A DNA stretch of 61,808 bases, counting the filler. It is 4 parts of 4 records of this genome, joined end to end, with 100 filler letters (N's around TTAATTAATTAA, not from the genome) between each part and the next. Parts side by side here need not be neighbours in the genome. Positions count along the whole stretch, not along the records: positions 36,834 to 48,901 come from SRR31156797_749; positions 49,002 to 61,808 come from SRR31156797_751; 2 more parts are not named here. The stretch is one strand, 5' to 3'. Positions 41,945 through 50,888 of the stretch are shown piece by piece; within the stretch, counting starts at the first letter, position 1; every line of letters begins with the position of its first letter. A program made the position numbers and the translations under genes. The notes below the pieces were generated by a model. It made no database searches and had not been told where the DNA came from. It worked only from the letters and a program-made list of their open reading frames with translations.

Positions 41945-43261
41945 ATGCCCGGAAAGATGCCCTACGAAAAGTATGATCTCGGCAGCTATTTTGAAAAATA
42001 CAGTGACGTGAACAAAGAGGTGATCATTAAAGAAGATATTCTTCGCCTGGGTGTATCGTTTACACCCAAGGCCCTGGAAGAATCAGCCAAATTCACCACC
42101 AAGAGCTATTATCTATTTTCCTATGATGCCATGGATGTGGATGATATGCAGAAGCAGGAATACATGAAAGCCCCCGAATGCTTTAAATTTGAGGGGGGGC
42201 CCTACAATCTGAGAATCTCAAACAACAAAAGTTGCCTTGAACAACCGGAGAAAACACCTTATAAAATTGACGCGGCCGATGGAAAGCTGCAACTTTTCTG
42301 GGAAGACAACTATCTTGCGGATGTCATTTTACGTTCAAAGCCCCCCTACTATCGACACAAACTTCCGGACGGAACTCCCTATTCGGATGTGGCGGCATCC
42401 GTTTTCTGGGGGTATCTTACCTTTTGCACCATCCTCAGAAGCTGCCAGTATTGGGGTGAAAAGGAAGAATGCATATTTTGCGACATCAATACCAATGCCC
42501 GGAAACAGTCCAAGACCGGAAGACCCTTTATGGTCCATAAAAGTATCGACGACGTGGTGACGGTCCTCGACACTATTTTCAACAAGGAACGGGAAGAAAT
42601 CAATCACAACATCCTGTTTACCGGCGGATCCATCTATCGAGAGACCCTGCAATTGAAAGATGCCGAAAACGTAGCCTTCTATGCCTCCTATATCCGTGCG
42701 GTCCGGGAAAAAATCGGCTACCGATGGGGAATTCACCAGCAGACCACGGCATTGACAAAACCGGAATGCCGTGTTCTGAAGGATGCGGGCGTGAATTGTC
42801 ATCATGCCAATATTGAGGTGTGGGACAAAGACCTTTTCAAAAAGTTCTGCCCGGGCAAGGATGCCAAGATCGGCCGGGATGAGTGGATCAAGCGGGTTTG
42901 CGACTCGGTGGACGTTTTCGGGGAAGGGAATGTGGTACCGACTCTCGTCAGCGGCTGCGAACTCTCAAAACCGTGGGGATTCGAGAAATGGGAAGATGGC
43001 GTAAAGTCCATGAAGGAGTGCTGGGAGTTCCTCATGAGCCACGGGGTGACCCCCCGCAGTTCAAGCTGGGTCATCGAGCCCAATTCGGTATTGGGACGTT
43101 ACGACCAGCCCCCCATCCCGCTGGATTACTATATAGAAGTGGATATCGCCTGGTACGAAACCTGGAAGAAATACGGCTTGCCGCCCATCAGCCATTTCTC
43201 GCCCATGGGCCCGGGACGCAGCCTCAGCATCAACAGCGGTCATCTGGACATGGGATCATGA
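41945..43261 (+). CDS. Radical SAM protein with non-canonical CX8CX2C motif; start revised to MPGKMP
   Basis: CQYWGEKEECIFC, FTGG, HANIEVWD..LF...CPGK (biotin-synthase-like barrel); AAGGAG RBS before ATG 41945. Confidence 0.82.
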   Translation: MPGKMPYEKYDLGSYFEKYSDVNKEVIIKEDILRLGVSFTPKALEESAKFTTKSYYLFSYDAMDVDDMQKQEYMKAPECFKFEGGPYNLRISNNKSCLEQPEKTPYKIDAADGKLQLFWEDNYLADVILRSKPPYYRHKLPDGTPYSDVAASVFWGYLTFCTILRSCQYWGEKEECIFCDINTNARKQSKTGRPFMVHKSIDDVVTVLDTIFNKEREEINHNILFTGGSIYRETLQLKDAENVAFYASYIRAVREKIGYRWGIHQQTTALTKPECRVLKDAGVNCHHANIEVWDKDLFKKFCPGKDAKIGRDEWIKRVCDSVDVFGEGNVVPTLVSGCELSKPWGFEKWEDGVKSMKECWEFLMSHGVTPRSSSWVIEPNSVLGRYDQPPIPLDYYIEVDIAWYETWKKYGLPPISHFSPMGPGRSLSINSGHLDMGS

Positions 43262-43351
43262 TGATCCGGACCTCTGAAATTTCCGGATGATCATTTAAAA
43301 CCTTAGAAACGTTTTTCCAAACCCTGACGCCCACGGAACAAGGAGGCCCTT

Positions 43352-45466
43352 ATGAAATACAAGCTCGGCATTGATGTCGGTGGAACATTCACGGATTTCC
43401 TCATGCTCGATGAAAATGGCGATCACGCCATTTTCAAGTCCCTGTCCACGCCGAAGGACCCGAACATCGGTGTGGTAAAAGGTCTTTCGGCCATCGCCGA
43501 TTACCTGTCAATGGATTCGGCCCAATTTTTAAAACAAGTTGAGATCATTGTGCATGGCACCACCATCACCACAAACGCCGTTCTTACCCGGAACGGCGCC
43601 CATACGGCATTCATTACCACACGCGGCTTCAGAGACGTCCTCAACATGAGACGGGGACTCAGGGACCGCCAGTACGACTCCCGCTACGCGCCGCCCGAGC
43701 CTTTCATCAAACGGCGCGACGTCTACACGGTGGAGGAGCGCGTCGACTGCGAAGGCAACATTTTGACGCCTCTGAACGAAGACGAAATGGCGGACATCAT
43801 TGAAAAGATGAAAAGCAAAGACTATGCAGCCATCGGCGTGAGCACGCTTTTCGGCTTTATGAACGGGGAAAACGAAAACCGCATCGGCCAAATGCTGAGG
43901 GAGGCGTTCCCGAACACCTACATTTCTCTTTCCAGTGAAATCCTCCCCCAGGTGCGCGTGTATGAACGCAACAGCACGGTGGCCCTGAATGCCTACGTGG
44001 GACCCATACTGTCCCGTTATCTGGACCATTCCCGAAACCGACTGTCGGCGAACGGATTCGATGGCACCTACCTGATCATGCAGTCCAACGGGGGCGTCAT
44101 GTCGCCGGAAATGAGCAGCCGGTTCGCCGTAAACACGCTGCTCTCGGGTCCCGCGGGGGGGCCTGTGGCGGGACAGTTCGTGGCGGGAATCCACGGGCTG
44201 AACAATCTCATTACCGTGGACATGGGGGGCACCAGTTTCGATGTGTGCCTGATCAAGGACGGTCAACCCGCCATCACCACGGAAGGGGATATCGGCGGTT
44301 ACCGGGTAGCCCTGCCGGTCCTGGACATCGTCACCATCGGGGCCGGCGGCGGGAGCATCGCCTCGGTGGATGCCTCCGGTCTGTTGCAGGTGGGGCCCCA
44401 AAGCGCGGGAGCGGATCCGGGACCCGTATGCTACGGCAAAGGGGGCACGGAACCGACGGTCACCGACGTGGACCTGGTGCTGGGATACCTGGACCCTGAC
44501 TATTTTCACGGCGGCGACATGAAACTGGACATGGAAGCATCGACTGCCGCCATCCGGGAAATGATAGCCGGAAAGCTGGGGATCAGCGTCAATGAAGCGG
44601 CGTCCGGCATATACAAAATGATCAACATCAACATGGCCCTGGGCGTCAATCTCGTTTCCGTGGCCGAAGGACATAATCCCCGGGACTTTGCCATGGTGGT
44701 GGCCGGCGGCGCCGGCCCCATTCACGCGGCGATGATCGCCAAAGACCAGGACATTCCCCTGATCATCGTTCCGCGCGGGTCATCGGTGTTCTGTGCGTCG
44801 GGCATGCTCATGAGCGATCTCAAACACGACTACGTGCATACCTACACCATTGAACTGAGCAAAGTGGATATCCATCGCATCAGCGACATCTGTGGAAATC
44901 TTTTAACGGAAGCGAAATCCACCCTTCGAACCGAAGGCATTCCGGAAAACCGGATTCACAACAGCTTCACTGTGGATATCCGATATCTCGGGCAGTTCAA
45001 TGAAGTCAATGTGCCGCTCCCCATGGCCCCCACCGGCCAGGTACGCGGGGAAGACATCAAGTACCTGACAAAGCTGTTCCACCAAACCCACGACACCCTC
45101 TTCGGGTATTCCATGCCGGGGGCGGAACTGGAGTTGATCAATATTCGGCTGCAATCCATGGGGGAAACGGAGAAACCCAAATTTCAACCATCTCCCGGAA
45201 ACGGACCCGATGCCTCCAAGGCGCTGAAGAACAACCGTGAGGTATTTTTTGAAGGGAAAGCCGTCAACACGCCCGTATATGACGGTTTGCTGTTAAAACA
45301 CGGCAACATGATTTTCGGCCCGGCCATTGTGGAAGAGCCCACCACCACCATTGTGGTGCCGCCCGATTTCGACCTCACATGCGATTCCTACGAAAATTAT
45401 GTGATGTACCGGAAAAATGAAAAATTAAAAGACATCATCGACAGACTCAGAGAAGCCTATCAATAG
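43352..45466 (+). CDS. Hydantoinase A / 5-oxoprolinase family ATP-binding subunit (HyuA/ApcC-like)
   Basis: GIDVGGTFTD, HGTT..TNA, MQSNGG, SGPAGG, DMGGTSFD, IGAGGGS, GPQSAGADPGP, GGAGPIH. Confidence 0.95.
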   Translation: MKYKLGIDVGGTFTDFLMLDENGDHAIFKSLSTPKDPNIGVVKGLSAIADYLSMDSAQFLKQVEIIVHGTTITTNAVLTRNGAHTAFITTRGFRDVLNMRRGLRDRQYDSRYAPPEPFIKRRDVYTVEERVDCEGNILTPLNEDEMADIIEKMKSKDYAAIGVSTLFGFMNGENENRIGQMLREAFPNTYISLSSEILPQVRVYERNSTVALNAYVGPILSRYLDHSRNRLSANGFDGTYLIMQSNGGVMSPEMSSRFAVNTLLSGPAGGPVAGQFVAGIHGLNNLITVDMGGTSFDVCLIKDGQPAITTEGDIGGYRVALPVLDIVTIGAGGGSIASVDASGLLQVGPQSAGADPGPVCYGKGGTEPTVTDVDLVLGYLDPDYFHGGDMKLDMEASTAAIREMIAGKLGISVNEAASGIYKMININMALGVNLVSVAEGHNPRDFAMVVAGGAGPIHAAMIAKDQDIPLIIVPRGSSVFCASGMLMSDLKHDYVHTYTIELSKVDIHRISDICGNLLTEAKSTLRTEGIPENRIHNSFTVDIRYLGQFNEVNVPLPMAPTGQVRGEDIKYLTKLFHQTHDTLFGYSMPGAELELINIRLQSMGETEKPKFQPSPGNGPDASKALKNNREVFFEGKAVNTPVYDGLLLKHGNMIFGPAIVEEPTTTIVVPPDFDLTCDSYENYVMYRKNEKLKDIIDRLREAYQ

Positions 45467-45479
45467 GGAGAAAAGAACA

Positions 45480-47231
45480 ATGGGAAAAGCAAAACTCGAT
45501 CCAATTCTCAGATCGGTGCTGGCCAATCGTTTCGATTCGGTTTGTAGTGAAATGGGAGAAACCATGATGCGGACCTCCCGATCGCCCATTTTCAGCGAGG
45601 CCCGGGATTTTGTCACCGGCATTTTCGACGCCAAAGGACAAATGATCGCCCAGAAACCGTATATCGCCGTTCTGGCCGGCGCCCTTCCCTTCTGTCTCAA
45701 AGCCGTCATGGAATATTATGGAAACGATATCCATGACGGCGATGTGATCGTCACCAACGACCCCTACCTTGGAGGGAACAATCACAAACCCGATTTCACC
45801 GTGCTGCGGCCCATTTTTAACGGCGACAGAATCGTTTTCTGGGCCGCCGCCAAGGGACACATGGCGGATACGGGCGCCACCGGCGCCTGCGGGTACAACC
45901 CCGAAGCCGGTTCCGTCTGGGAGGAGGGTCTGCGGATCCCCCCCGCAAAGCTCTACAAAAAGGGAGAATACCACCGAAGCGTGTGGAACATGATCCTGAA
46001 AAACGTGCGGATGGAATTTCTTGTGGATGGGGATCTGAACTGCCTTGTGGGGGCCACCCGGGTGGGAGAACGGAAGCTGCGACGTGGCATCGAAATGTAC
46101 GGGCAAAAAACCCTTGAACAGGCCGTGGATGAAATCGTTGCGGCCACGGAAAAGCACATGCGGGAGGAAATCTCTAAAATTCCCGACGGTGAATACACAG
46201 CTGAAAGGTTCATGGATCACGATGGGTTCGACCGTGACAAAATGGTGAAAATCAAGCTGAAAATCAAGGTTCACGGGGACAACGTTTGCTTCGACTTCAC
46301 CGGAAGCGATCCCCAGGTCCGGGGGTCCATCAACAGCACCCTGGCCAACACCTTCTCCAGCGTATGTCTCGCCCTGTTCATGACCATTGATCCCGATATA
46401 CGGAAAAACGAGGGTTCCTTAAAGCCCATTGATATCATTGCACCTGAAGGAACGGTAACAAACTGCGTGGAGCCCGCCGCATGCACCGCGTGCACCATCT
46501 GCGGAACCGCCACCATCGCCGAAACCATCTGGCTGGCACTGGCGCAGGCGGTTCCTAAAAGAGTCCAGGCAGCCTGGGCCAGATGGTCGGCCCCCGCCAC
46601 CATGGGATTGAATCCCCGAACCGGAAGATTGTTCGGGGACATTCATTTCATGTGCAAGGGCGGTGCCGGGGCCACCCTCGGGTTTGACGGCTGGGACCAT
46701 CTGGGCGTCATTTCCTGCGCCGGCGGGCTGAGATCCCCCGATCCCGAACTTCACGAACTGGTATGCCCCTACACGGTGCTTCAGTACGAGTATCTCACGG
46801 ACAGCGCGGGGCCCGGTAAATGGCGGGGGGGTATGGGAACCGCCTATCGTTTCAGTGTTGGAGGTGATGGCATTCTTTCGGACAACTTCGGCGACGGCCT
46901 GAAACCGGAAACAGCACCCTTCGGCATCGTGGGAGGAAAGGGACCCGGTCCCAGCAAACTGAATGTGAAGCGGGCCGACGGTTCTTCCGAGGATCCGGAT
47001 GTACACAAATTCGTCATGCTCAACAAGGGCGACATCTATGAAATCGACGAAACCGGCGGAGGAGGATACGGCAATCCTTTTGAACGTAAAACGAGCGCCG
47101 TTCTTGCGGATGTTTTGGATGAACTCGTTTCAATGGATCGTGCCAAAAAAGATTACGGCGTGGTCATTGATCCCAAAACCGTAACGGTGGATGAAGAAGC
47201 CACCAGGATTTTAAGGCAAGCGGCCCTGTAG
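45480..47231 (+). CDS. Hydantoinase B / oxoprolinase family subunit (HyuB/ApcD-like)
   Basis: EMG..M.RTSRSPIF.EARD, NDPYLGGNNHKPD, HMADTG, EGLRIPP, DFTGSDPQ, DSAGPGKWRGG, GGGGYGNP. Confidence 0.95.
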   Translation: MGKAKLDPILRSVLANRFDSVCSEMGETMMRTSRSPIFSEARDFVTGIFDAKGQMIAQKPYIAVLAGALPFCLKAVMEYYGNDIHDGDVIVTNDPYLGGNNHKPDFTVLRPIFNGDRIVFWAAAKGHMADTGATGACGYNPEAGSVWEEGLRIPPAKLYKKGEYHRSVWNMILKNVRMEFLVDGDLNCLVGATRVGERKLRRGIEMYGQKTLEQAVDEIVAATEKHMREEISKIPDGEYTAERFMDHDGFDRDKMVKIKLKIKVHGDNVCFDFTGSDPQVRGSINSTLANTFSSVCLALFMTIDPDIRKNEGSLKPIDIIAPEGTVTNCVEPAACTACTICGTATIAETIWLALAQAVPKRVQAAWARWSAPATMGLNPRTGRLFGDIHFMCKGGAGATLGFDGWDHLGVISCAGGLRSPDPELHELVCPYTVLQYEYLTDSAGPGKWRGGMGTAYRFSVGGDGILSDNFGDGLKPETAPFGIVGGKGPGPSKLNVKRADGSSEDPDVHKFVMLNKGDIYEIDETGGGGYGNPFERKTSAVLADVLDELVSMDRAKKDYGVVIDPKTVTVDEEATRILRQAAL

Positions 47232-47304
47232 GATGGAAATGCACCCCTGACGCAAGATCTCGGGGGACCCGTGGTTTAACCCGAATTGGAAAAAGGAGGA
47301 ATTT

Positions 47305-48189
47305 ATGTTGTACAGAAAGCTATACCCTTTTGACTACCACGAGGCAGGCACGGTTTCGGAGGCCTCCGAGATCCTGGGATATCACGGCTTTAAAGCCTCG
47401 GTAATGGCGGGCGGCATCAGTCTGGTGGATCAGATGAAACGGAGACTCAAAAACCCCGAAGTCCTCGTCTCCATTCAACGGATCAGGGAACTCAGGTTCC
47501 TGGAACAGACGGAAGGGGGCGCACTCAGAATCGGGGCACTCTCAACCCTCGGGGACGCTGAAAGATCGACTCCTTTGAAAACGGGTTTCGGGCCACTCTG
47601 GGAGGCCATCAAACAGATCGGTTCGGCTCAGGTGAAAAACATGGGAACCATCGTGGGGAACGTTTCGGCGTGCAATCCCGCATCCGACGTGACCACGGCC
47701 CTGGCAGCCCTGGGCGCTGAAGCCGCAATTTCCGGCCGCAACGGCAAAAGGCACGTACCCGTGGAATCCGTCGCCGCTGACGTACGCAAAATCGGGCTTG
47801 CCCCGGACGAAATCATTACCGAAATCCGCGTGCCGCCCATGGGCGGTGAAGACTGCGGCGCCTTTCTGAACCTGGCACGTACCAAGGAGGATATCGCCAA
47901 AGTGGCGGTGGCGGTCAAGGCGGTGGTCCAGAACGGTCTGGTGACGGATGTTCGTCTCGCTTTGGGGGCCGTTGCGCCCGTTGTATTTCTGGCATCCAAT
48001 ATTCAGTCTATTCTGGAAGGGGAAAAGCCGTCCCTTGACCGTATCCGGGCCGCCGCACGGGCCGCCGCCGCCGATGAAGGGGTCAGTCCCATTACGGATA
48101 TCCGCTCCACATCTGAATACCGGCGTGAAATGATAACGGTTTTGACGGATCGGGCCTTGAGAAGAGCGCTTTCCGAATATTTAAATTAG
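47305..48189 (+). CDS. Xanthine dehydrogenase/CoxM family FAD-binding subunit
   Basis: AGGISL, IGALSTL, QVKNMGTIVGN....PASD, LALGAVAP, PITDIRSTSEYR. Confidence 0.93.
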   Translation: MLYRKLYPFDYHEAGTVSEASEILGYHGFKASVMAGGISLVDQMKRRLKNPEVLVSIQRIRELRFLEQTEGGALRIGALSTLGDAERSTPLKTGFGPLWEAIKQIGSAQVKNMGTIVGNVSACNPASDVTTALAALGAEAAISGRNGKRHVPVESVAADVRKIGLAPDEIITEIRVPPMGGEDCGAFLNLARTKEDIAKVAVAVKAVVQNGLVTDVRLALGAVAPVVFLASNIQSILEGEKPSLDRIRAAARAAAADEGVSPITDIRSTSEYRREMITVLTDRALRRALSEYLN

Positions 48190-48207
48190 GGGGGGGGGAG
48201 AAAAGCA

Positions 48208-48684
48208 ATGGGAAAGATGCAGGCGACATTTATTGTGAACAACGTTTCATACGATACCCTGGTGGATACCCATGCCCTGCTGGTGGAGGTCTTGAGAGAC
48301 GAGCTGGGCTACGGGTTCAAAGGGGTTCATGAAAGCTGCGGTTCCGGCGACTGCGGCGCATGCACCGTACTCCTGGACGGGCTCCCCATCCTCTCCTGCG
48401 TGACCCTGGCGGTGACGGTCAGGGATCGGGAGATTACCACCATCGAGGGGCTCGCAAAGGGCAACGAGCTTGATCCGCTGCAAAAATCCTTTATGGAAAA
48501 AGGGGCATTGCAATGCGGATACTGCACCCCGGGGATGATTCTGACCGCAAAAGGGCTGCTCAACGAGAATCCCAATCCCACGTCCCGGGAAATCAAGGAG
48601 GGCCTGGCAGGGAATCTCTGCAGATGCACCGGCTACAACAAGATTTTGGAGGCTGTCACCGATGCCGCAAAGGGAGGTGAATGA
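48208..48684 (+). CDS. Xanthine dehydrogenase/CoxS family 2x[2Fe-2S] subunit
   Basis: CGSGDCGACTV...SC and QCGYCTPG...GNLCRCTGY. Confidence 0.96.
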   Translation: MGKMQATFIVNNVSYDTLVDTHALLVEVLRDELGYGFKGVHESCGSGDCGACTVLLDGLPILSCVTLAVTVRDREITTIEGLAKGNELDPLQKSFMEKGALQCGYCTPGMILTAKGLLNENPNPTSREIKEGLAGNLCRCTGYNKILEAVTDAAKGGE

Positions 48685-48685
48685 C

Positions 48686-48901
48686 ATGCAGAATGAACTG
48701 AGAGTCGTTGGAAAGAGATTCCCGCTAAAAGAAAGCTATGACAAGGTTACCGGCAAGGCCGAATATTGCACCACCGTATCGCTCCCCGGAATGCTTGTGG
48801 GCAAAATTCTGCGCAGCCCCCACGCCCATGCGCGCATTCTGAAGGTTGACGCATCCGGGGCCGAAGCCATTCCAGGTGTCAAGGCCGTGGTCACATCACA
48901 G
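48686..48901 (+). CDS. Xanthine dehydrogenase/CoxL family molybdopterin-binding subunit, 3' truncated
   Basis: VVGK.......DKVTGKAEY.....LPGML....LRSPHAHARI; GGAGG RBS. Confidence 0.92.
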
Positions 48902-49001
48902 NNNNNNNNNNNNNNNNNNNNNNNNNNNNNNNNNNNNNNNNNNNNTTAATTAATTAANNNNNNNNNNNNNNNNNNNNNNNNNNNNNNNNNNNNNNNNNNN
49001 N
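48902..49001. other. Artificial contig linker N44-TTAATTAATTAA-N44
   Basis: Same linker as the other two. Confidence 0.98.
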
Positions 49002-49002
49002 A

Positions 49003-49833
49003 GAAGACTGGTTCCAGGTTGAAAACTTTAAGAAATATATTGAGTTCTCAACCTGGAATAGGTTTGAACTGAGGGTAGAAAAAAATACCCTGGACATCCT
49101 GGACTTATTGGACACTTTTTCCTTTAAACCCAAAGCCACTTTTTTCATTCTGGGATGGATTGCCAAGAAATTACCCGGCCTTGTTAGAGAAATAAACGAC
49201 AGGGGGCATGAAGTCGCTTCCCACGGAGGGGACCATCATCTATGTACCAGCCTCAGTCCGAAAGATCTTTTAGTCGATTTAACCGATAGCCGAAAACAAC
49301 TTGAAGATATAATAGGTCAGGTTGTCCGGGGATACAGGGCACCGAGTTTTGCCCTTGATGACACTATTCTGGGATATATCAAGGAAGCCGGATATTTATA
49401 CGATTCCAGCTATAATTCATTTTCAGCCCATGGCCGGTATGGCACCATAGATTTAACCCGGGCAGTTAGAAAAAACGCCTTATATCAATTAGGCGATGGT
49501 TTTTATGAACTGCCTGTCAGTAATATTACCCTTGGAAAAAAAGTGCTGCCCTTTGGCGGCGGCGGTTATTTCAGATTATTTCCGTTTCCCTTTTTCAAAC
49601 AGGGTATGGCATCGATCCTTAAAAAAGAACAGGTTTTTGTATTTTATGCCCATCCCTGGGAGTTTGACCCTGATCAGCCCAGAGTGAACCAGGTTTCCCC
49701 AGGGTTTAAATTTAGACACTATGTGAATTTAAAAACAACAGGAATCAAAATGAAGAAGTTGATCAATTCCTTTTCCGGCTGTGATTTTATCAGCTGCAGG
49801 GATTATATAAGCTCGCTTCAGGCAAGTTTCTAA
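49003..49833 (+). CDS. XrtA/PEP-CTERM system polysaccharide deacetylase, 5' truncated
   Basis: Frame is open from the contig edge with EDWFQVENF; ATFFILGWIA, GHEVASHG, GYRAPSF, GGGYFRLFP, FYAHPWEFDPDQPR. Confidence 0.92.
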   Translation, partial: EDWFQVENFKKYIEFSTWNRFELRVEKNTLDILDLLDTFSFKPKATFFILGWIAKKLPGLVREINDRGHEVASHGGDHHLCTSLSPKDLLVDLTDSRKQLEDIIGQVVRGYRAPSFALDDTILGYIKEAGYLYDSSYNSFSAHGRYGTIDLTRAVRKNALYQLGDGFYELPVSNITLGKKVLPFGGGGYFRLFPFPFFKQGMASILKKEQVFVFYAHPWEFDPDQPRVNQVSPGFKFRHYVNLKTTGIKMKKLINSFSGCDFISCRDYISSLQASF

Positions 49834-49856
49834 CACATTTATTATCCTTTAAAAAA

Positions 49857-50888
49857 ATGACGATACAAATAAAAAAACTCGAAGATGCAGACCTTCTAAC
49901 CTGGGATGATTATGTTATAAACCATCCGGACGGAACCGTATTTCACTTGACCGCCTGGAAAAAAACCATTGAAAAAACATTCGGACACAAAAGCATTTAC
50001 CTGATAGCGGAAAATAATACTAAAGTATGCGGTGTTTTCCCTATTTTTGAAATTAAAAGCCTGCTATTCGGTCATTCGTTTATTTCCGTTCCATTCGCTG
50101 AAATCGGGGGGGTTTTAGCCGATAACCCGGAAATAGAAAAAGAACTGATTGGTAAAGGAACGGAAACCGCAGAATTAAAAAAATCACTTTACCTGGAGTT
50201 GAGAAACAAAACCCAAATAGAGGGGTTTAAGACCAAATCCCTCTATTATAATTTTAAAAAAGAGATTTTTCAGGATCATGACGAAAACCTTATGGCCATT
50301 CCCCGGAAATCCAGAGCCATGGTGCGAAATGCCGTTAAAAAAGGGTTAACTTCAGAAACAGGCCACCACCTGTTGAATGATTTTTATACGATACTGGCGT
50401 TGAATTACCACAGGCTGGGCACTCCGATTTTTCCTAAAAAACTGTTTAAAAATTTTTTGTCCGAATATGGTCAAAAAGCCAATATACTGGTTGTTCGAAC
50501 CAAAGAAGGAAAACTTGCAGCAGCGGTTTTGTTTTTTATATTCAAAGACCAGATGGTGCCCTATTATGCAGGCTCCGATTTTTCCTTCAGACGGCTTGGT
50601 CCCAATGATTATATGTACTGGGAGCTTATGAAGCTTGCGGTTGAAAACAAATGCAGGTTTTTTGACTACGGCAGAAGCAAAGAAGGAACCGGTTCTTTCA
50701 GTTTTAAAAAACACTGGGGATTTAAACCATCCCCCCTGGCTTACCAATACCACCTTGTAAAAGCCCCTGAGATTCCCAATCTGAGCCCTGCCAATCCCAA
50801 ATACCGGAAAAAAATTGAGCTCTGGCAAAAAATGCCCCATTCCCTTACAAAAATTATCGGTCCGGTGATTGCCAGGAATTTAGGATGA
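49857..50888 (+). CDS. FemAB-related protein, PEP-CTERM/XrtA system-associated
   Basis: WDDYV..HP.GT.FH..AW, SLLFG...ISVPF, RLGTP, FDYGRSK.GTGS..FKKHWGF, LSPANPKY. Confidence 0.92.
   Translation: MTIQIKKLEDADLLTWDDYVINHPDGTVFHLTAWKKTIEKTFGHKSIYLIAENNTKVCGVFPIFEIKSLLFGHSFISVPFAEIGGVLADNPEIEKELIGKGTETAELKKSLYLELRNKTQIEGFKTKSLYYNFKKEIFQDHDENLMAIPRKSRAMVRNAVKKGLTSETGHHLLNDFYTILALNYHRLGTPIFPKKLFKNFLSEYGQKANILVVRTKEGKLAAAVLFFIFKDQMVPYYAGSDFSFRRLGPNDYMYWELMKLAVENKCRFFDYGRSKEGTGSFSFKKHWGFKPSPLAYQYHLVKAPEIPNLSPANPKYRKKIELWQKMPHSLTKIIGPVIARNLG

Noticed and set aside
41945-43261. Assigning the radical SAM protein to a named enzyme (BioB, LipA, NikJ/PolH, HydE)
   Set aside because: The motif spacing and N-terminal extension do not match what I can verify for these enzymes, so no gene symbol is given without a search.
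43529-47006. Long antisense ORFs (398, 275 and 195 aa) opposite hydantoinase A/B
   Set aside because: They are shadow ORFs expected from GC-rich codon bias opposite well-conserved genes and contain no recognisable motifs.
43352-47231. Calling hyuA/hyuB acetophenone or acetone carboxylase
   Set aside because: The additional subunits of those complexes are not visible, and family membership alone does not fix the substrate.
1972-50888. Deacetylase + FemAB-like pairs in both segment 1 and segment 4 as one linked system
   Set aside because: They lie on different contigs from different phyla and belong to different subfamilies, so the co-occurrence is coincidental.
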